64,000 nucleotides of DNA from the NCBI GenBank assembly GCA_963710375.1, contig CAVPZX010000005.1:64001-128000 (forward strand), given 5' to 3'. This document shows, piece after piece, positions 48,622-56,960 of the stretch; positions within the stretch are counted from its first letter, which is position 1; every line of letters begins with the position of its first letter. Both the position numbers and the translations under genes were made by a program. Below the pieces are notes generated by a model. It had not been told where the DNA came from and searched no databases. It saw nothing but the letters and a program-made list of their open reading frames with translations. Origin of the DNA: Nitrospirota bacterium (GTDB taxonomy: Bacteria; Nitrospirota; Thermodesulfovibrionia; Thermodesulfovibrionales; Dissulfurispiraceae).

Positions 48622-50529
48622 TTACGAAACCGGAGATACCGGTTTGCTGCTGAGCAAAATTTCCTTGCCTTTAGTCTTGCTGGACTTGAGGAAGTAGAAG
48701 GCCCCGTAAATGCCCCAGATGGCGACGAATCCCAGCGCGATATATGGTTCCTTCCAACTCATGCCGCTGACCGTGAACGGCCCGATCAGGTAGAAGAGCA
48801 TAATAGATAAGTTTGCCAATAAGCCGAGAATAGGGATGACAACGTGCTTGATGCCGTTGAAGCTGTGGTGTTCCCTGAATGCCACCATCGCAATATAGCA
48901 GGTGAACATGTAGAGGAGGAACGTGCCGAAGTTGCTGACCAGCGTGACGATGAGCAGCGTGTTGGGCAGCTTCGTGTACATATCCGGCGAGAAGATGCCG
49001 AAGCTGTACCAGAAGTTGTGCTTGTCCAGTGCTGCGAGCGGTGTAGCTTGTCCCCCTAAATACACTGACACGGTGGCGATGCCGATGACCACTGAAATCA
49101 CTGCCAGAGTCCAGATCGCCTTGTGCGGCGACAGGTTCTTTCCGTGCAGAAGACCGAAATGCGACGGCACTTCTTCGTCCCGCCCCATGGCGTAGGTTAC
49201 GCGGGCGCCGGTGCTCAGGCATGAGAGAGTAGTGCCAATTAATGCCAGGAAGACTGTCAAGGCCTGTACCAGCATGAATGCCTTGCCTGCCGCGTAAGAG
49301 CCAAACAGCCATGTGCCTGTAATGACCATCAGGTCGCCTAGCGGGGCGCCGGAAGCGCCTGCATTCGGCATGGTGTATCCGTTATGAAGCATGTAATTGG
49401 CGGCAAAATACTCGATCAGGTAGCAGAAGGCGCCCTGAATGGCAAGTGACAGCAGCACTGCCCTTGGAATATCTTTTTTCGGCCTTTTGGCTTCCTCACC
49501 CATCGCGGTGACCGACTCGAAGCCGACCAGGATCAGAATTGCGATGGCTGCCTGAATGAAGATGAAATTAAACCCGTGAGGAGCCACGACAGATGCGGCG
49601 CTTTTATGATAGTTGAATGTGGGGTTCCCCTTGTCATCCTTAGTGATCGCTCCGTCGACATAATCGACCGTGAACGGCGCAGCGAGCTTTGGATCGGTTA
49701 CAGCCTTGCCGTCCTTGTCAGCAGGCACAGGCATCCCCGACTTCTCATCAGTAGCGTCAATCATTGTGTAGACCGGCTTGTTGTCTTTGTCCAGAGTGGG
49801 TTTGCCGTTAGGGTCCAACACAGGCACCGGATTCCCTTTATCATCCTTCTGGACCACCTGGGCGACCTGATAGTTCACCGCGATGCCGTTTGACAGATGG
49901 TAACCTGTTGAGCCTTGCGGATGCTGGACGCGATAGCCTATGGCGATCACCGAGAACACCAGCAATGCTGATATCTGGATAATGTTAATCACTACGTTGA
50001 CAGCCGTTGTACCGGTAACACCGCGATAAGCGATGTATGCAACGCCGAGCGCGAACACGATGCAGAAGATAAACATGAAGATCGGGCTGTTATAGGTGCC
50101 GCTGAAGGTGTCTGGCCAGAATTGATTTAAGAGATATCCGCCGAGAATGGCTGTAACACCGACCATGACCCCCGGATACACCCAGTAATAAAGGTGGCTT
50201 GCCCATCCGGTGATGAACTTGGCGAGCCGCGCGAACTTGTATGCGTGTGTCTTTGAAAGGAACGCCTGCTCCGCATACAGGTAGGACGAACCCGGGCCCG
50301 GATAGAGCTTAGACAGTTCAGCGTAGCTGATTGCTGTAGCGAAGCAGAGCAACAGGGCGAAGAGAATGCCGAACCACATGGATATGCCTGCCATCGGCGC
50401 TCCGTAAAGCGACTGCATTTGAAATGTTAACCACAGGAACGCGCCGGGCGCGATCAGCGCCATCGCGTTCATCGTCAGACCTGTTATGCCTAACGTTCCC
50501 CTAGTGACCGGTTGTTGTTCGTTTGCCAT
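48622..50529 (-). CDS. APC-family amino acid/amine permease with large inserted loop
   Basis: ALIAPGA, YPGPGSSY, LVGFES..GEEAK.PK; DxxGxP-repeat insertion. Confidence 0.88.
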   Translation of the reverse strand: MANEQQPVTRGTLGITGLTMNAMALIAPGAFLWLTFQMQSLYGAPMAGISMWFGILFALLLCFATAISYAELSKLYPGPGSSYLYAEQAFLSKTHAYKFARLAKFITGWASHLYYWVYPGVMVGVTAILGGYLLNQFWPDTFSGTYNSPIFMFIFCIVFALGVAYIAYRGVTGTTAVNVVINIIQISALLVFSVIAIGYRVQHPQGSTGYHLSNGIAVNYQVAQVVQKDDKGNPVPVLDPNGKPTLDKDNKPVYTMIDATDEKSGMPVPADKDGKAVTDPKLAAPFTVDYVDGAITKDDKGNPTFNYHKSAASVVAPHGFNFIFIQAAIAILILVGFESVTAMGEEAKRPKKDIPRAVLLSLAIQGAFCYLIEYFAANYMLHNGYTMPNAGASGAPLGDLMVITGTWLFGSYAAGKAFMLVQALTVFLALIGTTLSCLSTGARVTYAMGRDEEVPSHFGLLHGKNLSPHKAIWTLAVISVVIGIATVSVYLGGQATPLAALDKHNFWYSFGIFSPDMYTKLPNTLLIVTLVSNFGTFLLYMFTCYIAMVAFREHHSFNGIKHVVIPILGLLANLSIMLFYLIGPFTVSGMSWKEPYIALGFVAIWGIYGAFYFLKSSKTKGKEILLSSKPVSPVS

Positions 50530-50562
50530 AGTGTTTCTCCTTTATTTACTGACATAAATTAT

Positions 50563-51471
50563 TTAAAAACTAAATGTCAGGTTAACCCCGTATACAAAGA
50601 TATCCTTAAGTTGACCGTTGGGGTTGAAAGCATGACCGTTTGTAATTTTGCTCGCATCGCTCGAAAGCGGAAACCAGTACTGGACAACAGGCTGAGCTGA
50701 TAACATCTTTGTAACAGGTATGGTATAGCCGACTTTCACCATGCCATCGTGGAATGCACTGTATTTAGGGCCGTTGTAGAGCCCGGTGGAGCTGCTATAT
50801 GTGTCCCAGAAATTTGAACTCCCATACTCATATCCGAATGATGCGCCCAGGTTGACGGTGGTCTCTTTGTACACCGGGATGGACTGGGAGAATGAGAGAT
50901 TGAAGTATGTGCCGGGGTAGTGATTGACGTCACGGTAGATCGCAAGTGTAGGGTGTGCGATCATATCGTAAGTGCCGCTTACATAAACCTCTTCTGTTTC
51001 AGGCGCATATTGTGTACCGTAATAGATAAATCCGCCGGTGAGGGCCAGCTTGTCGATGTTGTAGGTATAGTTAAGAGTCAGGTCAGTCTCGTCGTAGTTA
51101 TTGTGCCCTCTGGAAGTTGTAACAGGAGCAAAGTTTTGAGTTGCGTGCTCGCTGGTGTCGATGTTGCTCCATAAATTTGCTGAGAAGCCTGCGTAGTTAA
51201 TCGTAAGTGTCGGTTGAAAGACAGCGCTATGCGAACTGAGTTCGTATCCTCTGAATATGTAGTGATTAAGAACAGACAGCGCTGCGCTGCCGGTGACTGC
51301 AGGAGCCGCAGGAGCCGCCGCAGGTGCTGCCTCAGCTGCCGGTGCAGCAGGAGCTGCAGGAGCTGCAGGAGCTGCCGCTGCTGGTTGATCTTCAGCATAA
51401 AGATTGGAAGATACTGTAAAAACTAATGCAAAGACAATAATAGCACCGATAAATTTTCTCATCCTTTTCAC
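50563..51471 (-). CDS. Outer-membrane beta-barrel (TorF-like putative porin) with Ala/Pro linker
   Basis: Signal peptide, (APA)n, NHYIFRG, ETDLTLNY, C-terminal Phe. Confidence 0.78.
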   Translation of the reverse strand: MKRMRKFIGAIIVFALVFTVSSNLYAEDQPAAAAPAAPAAPAAPAAEAAPAAAPAAPAVTGSAALSVLNHYIFRGYELSSHSAVFQPTLTINYAGFSANLWSNIDTSEHATQNFAPVTTSRGHNNYDETDLTLNYTYNIDKLALTGGFIYYGTQYAPETEEVYVSGTYDMIAHPTLAIYRDVNHYPGTYFNLSFSQSIPVYKETTVNLGASFGYEYGSSNFWDTYSSSTGLYNGPKYSAFHDGMVKVGYTIPVTKMLSAQPVVQYWFPLSSDASKITNGHAFNPNGQLKDIFVYGVNLTFSF

Positions 51472-51500
51472 TATGTCCTCCCTATGGATGTTTTACAGGC

Positions 51501-51722
51501 TTAAGCCTGTTTTTCCGTTGTCTGCATTACAACAAGGTCTCTGCTCTTTTCCTGTTTTTCCTCACTCCTCCTTATTCCATATTTTTTAATCTTGTACCCG
51601 ATCATCCTCTCGGTTATGCCGAGTTGCCGGGCTGCCTTAGCCATCACCCAACTGCATTCACTGAGGGCGTCGATTATTGCCTCTCTTTCCATCTCCTTCA
51701 CTTTGTCTCTCAATGTATTCAT
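51501..51722 (-). CDS. Stand-alone Fis-type HTH resembling the NifA C-terminal domain
   Basis: EREAIIDAL..CSWVMAKAARQLGITERMIGYKIKKYGI; GAGG RBS. Confidence 0.82.
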   Translation of the reverse strand: MNTLRDKVKEMEREAIIDALSECSWVMAKAARQLGITERMIGYKIKKYGIRRSEEKQEKSRDLVVMQTTEKQA

Positions 51723-51747
51723 TGCGCAATCACCTCTCTCAGGTACA

Positions 51748-51840
51748 AGCTAAAACTGTGCCAGCCTGCAACCTCTTGATTTCTATGCGAACCTTAATGA
51801 GGGGGTTACGACAAATTTGTATAATGGGACAACTTTGTAG
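51748..51840 (-). promoter_or_regulatory. sigma54 promoter with IHF site and paired upstream activator sites
   Basis: TGGCAC-agttt-TAGCT at 51748-51763; AATCAA-gagg-TTG IHF match; ACAAATTTGT and ACAACTTTGT. Confidence 0.82.
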
Positions 51841-51900
51841 GTCGTGGGGGTACATCTGAAGGTTATGGCAGCGGGTCAAAGAAAAAAGAACAAAGCTTAA

Positions 51901-52629
51901 CTATGGCAGTGTCATTTGCCTTTTTGTATTGATCAGGGTTTCGACTTCCTTGTTTGCAGGATGGTTGAATATTTCAGAGGGGGTACCGGTTTGCGCGACC
52001 CTGCCGTTTGCATAGACAATGATGGTATCGGCCATTGTGTAAGCCTCAAAAATATCATGGGTGACAAGAACAACCGGTATATCGTACGCATTTCTCACGT
52101 CGTTCAAAAACTCGCCCATCTCAATGCGGAGGGGATTGTCGAGTGCGGAAAACGGTTCATCAAGGAGAAGCACATCCGGCTTCCGGATAAGCGCCCTCGC
52201 AAAGGCAACCCGCTGCTGCTGACCTCCGGAAAGTTTTGAAGGCAGACTGTCTGCAACTCCCTCAAGGCGAAAGGTCCCGATTATCTCCTCAACGATTCTT
52301 TTGCACTCGCTAGCAGCGGTCCCTGTAGCACCGTATCGTATATTTTCCCTGACTGTCATGTGAGGGAAGAGGGCAAGGTCCTGGAATACATAGCCGAAGG
52401 AGCGCTTTTGCGGGGGGAGGTCGATCCCTTTAAGGCTGTCAAACAGCACATTCTCCCCGGAGCGCACAACCCCCTCGTCAGGCCGCATGAGTCCGGCAAT
52501 CATCTGAAGGGTTATGGATTTTCCTGCTCCGGAATACCCGAAGAGGACGACAAGCTCGTTATCTATTTCCCAGGAGACATCGAGGGAGAATACGCCCGCC
52601 TTTTTTTTAAGGGTGACTGAAAGTCCCAT
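51901..52629 (-). CDS. modC: Molybdate ABC transporter ATPase
   Basis: GYSGAGKS, FQDLALFPH, LSGGQQQR; TGATG coupling to modB gives start 52629. Confidence 0.9.
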   Translation of the reverse strand: MGLSVTLKKKAGVFSLDVSWEIDNELVVLFGYSGAGKSITLQMIAGLMRPDEGVVRSGENVLFDSLKGIDLPPQKRSFGYVFQDLALFPHMTVRENIRYGATGTAASECKRIVEEIIGTFRLEGVADSLPSKLSGGQQQRVAFARALIRKPDVLLLDEPFSALDNPLRIEMGEFLNDVRNAYDIPVVLVTHDIFEAYTMADTIIVYANGRVAQTGTPSEIFNHPANKEVETLINTKRQMTLP

Positions 52630-53294
52630 CAGATAATCCGCCTGCTGTATTTGTTCGCAAGATAGAGGAACCCCCCTGAGAGCATGGTCAGCAGCAGGAC
52701 CATGGCATGCGCCCTTGACCATTCGCCGCTGCCGGCAAGTGAGTAAATTGCAAGCGGCATGGTGTCGGTCTTGCCGGGAAGGTTCCCGGCCAGCATAAGC
52801 GTAGCGCCGAACTCGCCCATGGCGCGGGCGAAGGAGAGCACAACTCCTGCAATGATACCTTTTTTTGCGAGCGGGAGAATTATCCTGACAGCTGTCTGGA
52901 ACTCTGTGCGCCCCAATGTATAGGAAGCATTGATCAGATTGGCATCGACCGACTCGATTGCCGCGCGCGCCGTTTTTATCATAAGCGGGAGCGCGACAAC
53001 AAACGATGCGAGCACTGCTGCGTACCATGTGAACATAATGGTCCAGCCGGTCCAGTGATATATGATTTTGCCCACAATGCCGTTTCTTCCGAAAAGTACG
53101 ATGAGATAATAGCCGGTAACTGTAGGTGGCAGGACCAGAGGGAGTGTAAAGAGAATATCGAGAAGTTCCTTGCCCCTAAAGTTTTTTCGAGCAAGAAAGT
53201 AAGCAACGGTTATGCCGGTTACGAAAACAAAAGCTGTGGCAACTGTCGCCACCTGAAGAGAGAGACGCATTGAAAAAAATACTGAACTGTCCAT
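52629..53294 (-). CDS. modB: Molybdate ABC transporter permease
   Basis: LPLVLPPTVTGY, FARAMGEFGAT. Confidence 0.93.
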   Translation of the reverse strand: MDSSVFFSMRLSLQVATVATAFVFVTGITVAYFLARKNFRGKELLDILFTLPLVLPPTVTGYYLIVLFGRNGIVGKIIYHWTGWTIMFTWYAAVLASFVVALPLMIKTARAAIESVDANLINASYTLGRTEFQTAVRIILPLAKKGIIAGVVLSFARAMGEFGATLMLAGNLPGKTDTMPLAIYSLAGSGEWSRAHAMVLLLTMLSGGFLYLANKYSRRII

Positions 53295-53338
53295 ACGTCA
53301 ATATCCGGCACTATCCCGGCCATGACCATGCCGTCTCA

Positions 53339-54073
53339 TTATAATCCGCCGCATACATCGCAGTGTGGGTCTCTTCGGATAGTGAGCTTCCTGAAATCCA
53401 TATCTATTGTGTTAAATGACAGCATCTGAGATATTAATGGCTTGCCGTATCCTGTGAGGAGCTTTATCGCCTCTATGCTCATGATGCAGCCGAGCATGCC
53501 TGACACAGCGCCCAGCACCGGGAAGCCCAGTTCCTCCCACCCGGGGTCATCCGAAGGGTAAAGGCAGTTGAGGCAAGGCGTGGTGCCGGCTACAATATTA
53601 AAAATATATCCTTCCATTCCATTCATTGCCGCTTCGACCAGAGGGACACCTTTTTTTACACATGCCTTGTTCAATACTCTTCGTTCGTGAAAAGTGGGGC
53701 GGGCAGAAAGCGCTATTTGAACTCCGCTAAGCAGCTTCTCAACATTCGCCTCCGAGGTCCGCTCGTCATGGATTTCAACTTCCACTTCCGGGTTTATATC
53801 CTCAATGCTCTTCATTCCCTGAACAACCCTGCTTTTTCCTACCCAGTCATCTCTCATCAATATCTGCCTGTTCATGTTGGAAAGGGTCAGGTTGCCGGAG
53901 TGGGCAAAGATCATTTTCCCGATCCCTGCGACTGCGAGATATAGTGCGGCAGTTCCGCCAAGCCCTCCAATTCCGGAGACAAGAGCAGTGGAGTTTTTAA
54001 GCTTTTGCTGATGGTCCGGGGTAAATCCCCCAAGCATCAATTGCCTGCGGTAACGTTCAAAAGACGTTGTCAC
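53339..54073 (-). CDS. hesA: HesA/MoeB/ThiF-family protein
   Basis: GIGGLG, SNMNRQ, CLNC, CDVC; nif context; GTG start after GGAGAGG. Confidence 0.82.
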   Translation of the reverse strand: MTTSFERYRRQLMLGGFTPDHQQKLKNSTALVSGIGGLGGTAALYLAVAGIGKMIFAHSGNLTLSNMNRQILMRDDWVGKSRVVQGMKSIEDINPEVEVEIHDERTSEANVEKLLSGVQIALSARPTFHERRVLNKACVKKGVPLVEAAMNGMEGYIFNIVAGTTPCLNCLYPSDDPGWEELGFPVLGAVSGMLGCIMSIEAIKLLTGYGKPLISQMLSFNTIDMDFRKLTIRRDPHCDVCGGL

Positions 54074-54950
54074 AGTAATCCTCTCCGATTTTGGCATTAA
54101 GCATCTCAAGCTCCATATCTTTGTCCTCGCCGATAATTCCGCATGCGTCAGCCCTGCATTGTTTGCAGTGGGTCATCTGAGGTATGTGCTGCCTGCAGGT
54201 CTCGCGTATTTTGTAAATGGTCTCTCTTGAGGGCCTTTCCAGATGCCCGAAAGAAGCCTGAGGAATGAGCGGTAAAATATTCATGATGTCTGCGCCCAGT
54301 TCTCCCGCTAATTTTGCGATAAGAGGAATTTCCGTGTCATTTATTCCCGGAATAAAAACTGTATTAACCTTAACAATAAGTCCCGATTCTATGGCATTGC
54401 TGAGACCCTTCCACTGATTGCACAATAAGTATTCGGCAGCCTCCCCGTTATGATAACGCTTTCCGCCTTTATTTATCCACGCGTAAACCCTTTCAGCTGT
54501 TTCGGGAAATACTGCATTTATAGTTATGGTCAGGCTTCTTACCCCTGATTTTATAAGTTCTTCGAGACGCTCGGGAAGAAGGAGCCCGTTTGTTGAAACG
54601 CACAAAATAAGATCGGGGAATTCCCTGTGCAGTGCATGCATAACGTCAAAAGTGGCTCTGTTAGCGAGCGGGTCCCCGGGCCCCGCAATCCCTGCAACGC
54701 TCAGGTTTCCGCTTCGTTCCACGAGGGTGCGCACTCTTTCGACCGCTTCGTCTGCGGAGAGCACCTTGCTTGTTATTCCAGGCCTGGATTCATTGGCGCA
54801 ATCGTATTTCCTTATGCAATAGTTGCACTGGATATTGCACGCCGGGGCCACGGGAAGATGTATGCGTCCGAATTTATGATGTGCGCTCTCCGAAAAACAT
54901 GGATGCTGCTCCATTATGCTCCCTTTTTTATTCAGTGTAAGTGGTATCAC
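54057..54950 (-). CDS. nifB: NifB radical SAM (SAM-only form, no NifX domain)
   Basis: HPC, CNIQCNYC, ESRP, AGPGDP, TITIN, CKQCRADA. Confidence 0.95.
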   Translation of the reverse strand: MIPLTLNKKGSIMEQHPCFSESAHHKFGRIHLPVAPACNIQCNYCIRKYDCANESRPGITSKVLSADEAVERVRTLVERSGNLSVAGIAGPGDPLANRATFDVMHALHREFPDLILCVSTNGLLLPERLEELIKSGVRSLTITINAVFPETAERVYAWINKGGKRYHNGEAAEYLLCNQWKGLSNAIESGLIVKVNTVFIPGINDTEIPLIAKLAGELGADIMNILPLIPQASFGHLERPSRETIYKIRETCRQHIPQMTHCKQCRADACGIIGEDKDMELEMLNAKIGEDYCDNVF

Positions 54951-55008
54951 CTGTATCCCTCCTGAGTGTTCAATCTCTTTATCTGTGACACTGCGCTATC
55001 TTATATAC

Positions 55009-55103
55009 AGCAAGCAGTGTGCCACTGTATAACTTATTGATTATAAAAAGAACACTGTTTCTCAATTAGAACTTAAAATGTCGTAAATGCTACAAAATAG
55101 TAG
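55009..55103 (-). promoter_or_regulatory. sigma54 promoter of nifB with IHF site and NifA-type UAS
   Basis: TGGCAC-actgc-TTGCT at 55009-55024; AATCAA-taag-TTA; TGT-N10-ACA at 55079-55094. Confidence 0.88.
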
Positions 55104-55155
55104 TAACGATGATTTGAGGCATATGGTAACAGATTCCGGACATGCGGTATGACAG

Positions 55156-55193
55156 AAAAATCAGCCTCCAATCCCGGTGGCGGGATGGAGGCT
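55156..55193 (-). terminator. Terminator after the ferredoxin gene
   Basis: AGCCTCCATCCCG...CGGGATTGGAGGCT followed by a T-run on minus strand. Confidence 0.7.
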
Positions 55194-55240
55194 CGCCATA
55201 AGATCGTTCAAAAAGACTTAGTATCTAGAGGCGTGTGTAG

Positions 55241-55516
55241 CTACATCGCGATATGAATGTGGCATTTTTTCGTACAGGTCCGATTGCATGCCTCGCAGCC
55301 GATGCAATTCTCGGGATGGGCAACGGACATCACTTTGTTGCCCATGTCATCGCCGTATTCATCCTCGCCCTCAAAGGGTTTTTCGATAAGCTCCAGCACA
55401 TCCCTGCTGCAGACCTTGTAACAGCGCCCGCAGCCAATGCATTTTTCAACGTCAATCGATTCAATGAATTGCGGCGTCCATGTCTGTCCGCCCCTTGTGT
55501 ATCCGACAACTGCCAT
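55241..55516 (-). CDS. fdxB: nif-specific 2[4Fe-4S] ferredoxin (ferredoxin III type)
   Basis: WTPQF, CIGCGRCYKVC, CIGCEACNRTC. Confidence 0.88.
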   Translation of the reverse strand: MAVVGYTRGGQTWTPQFIESIDVEKCIGCGRCYKVCSRDVLELIEKPFEGEDEYGDDMGNKVMSVAHPENCIGCEACNRTCTKKCHIHIAM

Positions 55517-55535
55517 GATCCCCTCCTAAAGAATC

Positions 55536-55659
55536 AGGTAAAGGTTTAGGTTAAGGTTAAGAAAAGAAAGACAACTTGCATTAGCCTCAACCTCTCCTTA
55601 ATCTTCACCAGCTCGAAAAATTAAACATCAAATCTCAACCTCAGCCTTAACCTCAACCT
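55536..55659. repeat. Hexamer repeats (AGGTTA/AGGTTG) and their inverse
   Basis: aggtaa-aggttt-aggtta-aggtta ... tcaacc-tcagcc-ttaacc-tcaacc. Confidence 0.8.
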
Positions 55660-55661
55660 TT

Positions 55662-56081
55662 TTATGAAATGGCCTCTCCGTCTTTTTCTCCTGTCCGTAC
55701 TCTCTGCGCGCTTTCGACTGGAGAGATAAAAATTTTGCCGTCTCCTGTTTTACCTGTCCGGTTGACCTTGATGATCGATTTCACTATCTTGCTTACAACA
55801 TCATCAGGCACAACTATGGTAAGCATCCTTTTCGGCACGAAAAGAGCTACCTTGGGAAGCGTATGCTCGACTGCGTATGTCGAAGGCGTCGGTTTTAATT
55901 TGACCGACATGCAATAGTTGTCGGGCAGTTCCGGATCAAGGTCGTTATCGCATACTGCACCCTTTTGCTTTCCCCTTCCGTCAACGCTCTGGATACTGAC
56001 AGAAGGGTATCCCAGCTCGTCAAGGACATTCTTTGTCTCAGGGAGCTTGTCTCTCCTGATAATCGCAGTAATCTCTTTCAT
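55662..56081 (-). CDS. nifI2: PII-family nitrogenase regulator NifI2
   Basis: MKEITAIIR, GRGKQKG, long T-loop, PKRML, GDGKIF. Confidence 0.85.
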   Translation of the reverse strand: MKEITAIIRRDKLPETKNVLDELGYPSVSIQSVDGRGKQKGAVCDNDLDPELPDNYCMSVKLKPTPSTYAVEHTLPKVALFVPKRMLTIVVPDDVVSKIVKSIIKVNRTGKTGDGKIFISPVESAQRVRTGEKDGEAIS

Positions 56082-56395
56082 AGTACGGCCTCCCCCGTTC
56101 GTACGGTGTATACGCCGTCTACAGGGCTGGTGAATATCTTTCCATCCCCTATGAACCCTGTCCGCGCCTTATCATTAATGATGCCTATTACTTTTGCCAC
56201 ATCCTTGTCATCGACAACCATCATGATAAGTGTTTTCGGAAGTTCGTCATAATGTACCGGCCCAACCTGAAGCCCTTTCTGCTTCCCCCTTCCGAATACC
56301 GGCATTTTGGTGAGCGATGGGAATCCTGAGCCCTCAAGTGCCAGAACTACCTCCTGCTCTTTTTCAGGCCGTATAAATGCTCTTATCATCTTCAT
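56078..56395 (-). CDS. nifI1: PII-family nitrogenase regulator NifI1
   Basis: IRPEK, VFGRGKQKG, YDELPK, GDGKIF. Confidence 0.88.
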   Translation of the reverse strand: MKMIRAFIRPEKEQEVVLALEGSGFPSLTKMPVFGRGKQKGLQVGPVHYDELPKTLIMMVVDDKDVAKVIGIINDKARTGFIGDGKIFTSPVDGVYTVRTGEAVL

Positions 56396-56462
56396 AGTGT
56401 TTTTCTCCTTTAAATTGTTATTGGCTCGTAAGCCTCAAGCCTGCCGGCTTGTATGCATCTTG

Positions 56463-56864
56463 TTATTGACGCGTGTCATTAAGCGCCTTCTTAAACCACG
56501 GCGGCGGAGATGTCTGCGCGGTAACAAGAAGTTTATCGAGTGACTCCTTTATGGAAACAATCTCTTTCACCTTTATCGGCATGATTCCCTTCTTTACCAG
56601 CCGTGCTGCAGAAGGCCCTCCGATTTCAGTAAGGTAAATGATCTTGCAGTCTGCAAGTCTATCTACCTTCTTCTCCACCTTGCTTTCATGTATTTGACCC
56701 ATGTCCTTTGTCGCCTCTATTTCGGTGTCCCTGCCTTCCGCAAATTTCCTGATTTCAACGAACCGGTAGTCCTTATCGTTCAACTCATAAACTGCGAACT
56801 TTCCCGCCCTGCCGAAATGTTCATCAACATTAATGCCGTCTGTTGTTGCGAATGCTACTTTCAT
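56463..56864 (-). CDS. nifX: NifX FeMo-co carrier
   Basis: KVAFATTDG..VDEHFG, IGGPSAA, PPPW. Confidence 0.9.
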   Translation of the reverse strand: MKVAFATTDGINVDEHFGRAGKFAVYELNDKDYRFVEIRKFAEGRDTEIEATKDMGQIHESKVEKKVDRLADCKIIYLTEIGGPSAARLVKKGIMPIKVKEIVSIKESLDKLLVTAQTSPPPWFKKALNDTRQ

Positions 56865-56884
56865 ATGTGCACCTCCTCACATTC

Positions 56885-56960
56885 AGGTTAAGGTTAAGGT
56901 TGAGGTTGAGATAAACCAACGTCTTTACTCTATTTCTTTTTTTTGTCTTAACCTTAACCT
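56885..56960. repeat. Hexamer repeats (AGGTTA/AGGTTG) and their inverse
   Basis: aggtta-aggtta-aggttg-aggttg ... ttaacc-ttaacc. Confidence 0.8.

Noticed and set aside
51300..51380. 9-bp GCAGGAGCT repeats
   Set aside because: Explained by the Ala-Pro-Ala linker of the porin
52630..53028. Long N-terminal extension of modC in the ORF track
   Set aside because: Overlaps modB in another frame; the real start is the coupled ATG at 52629
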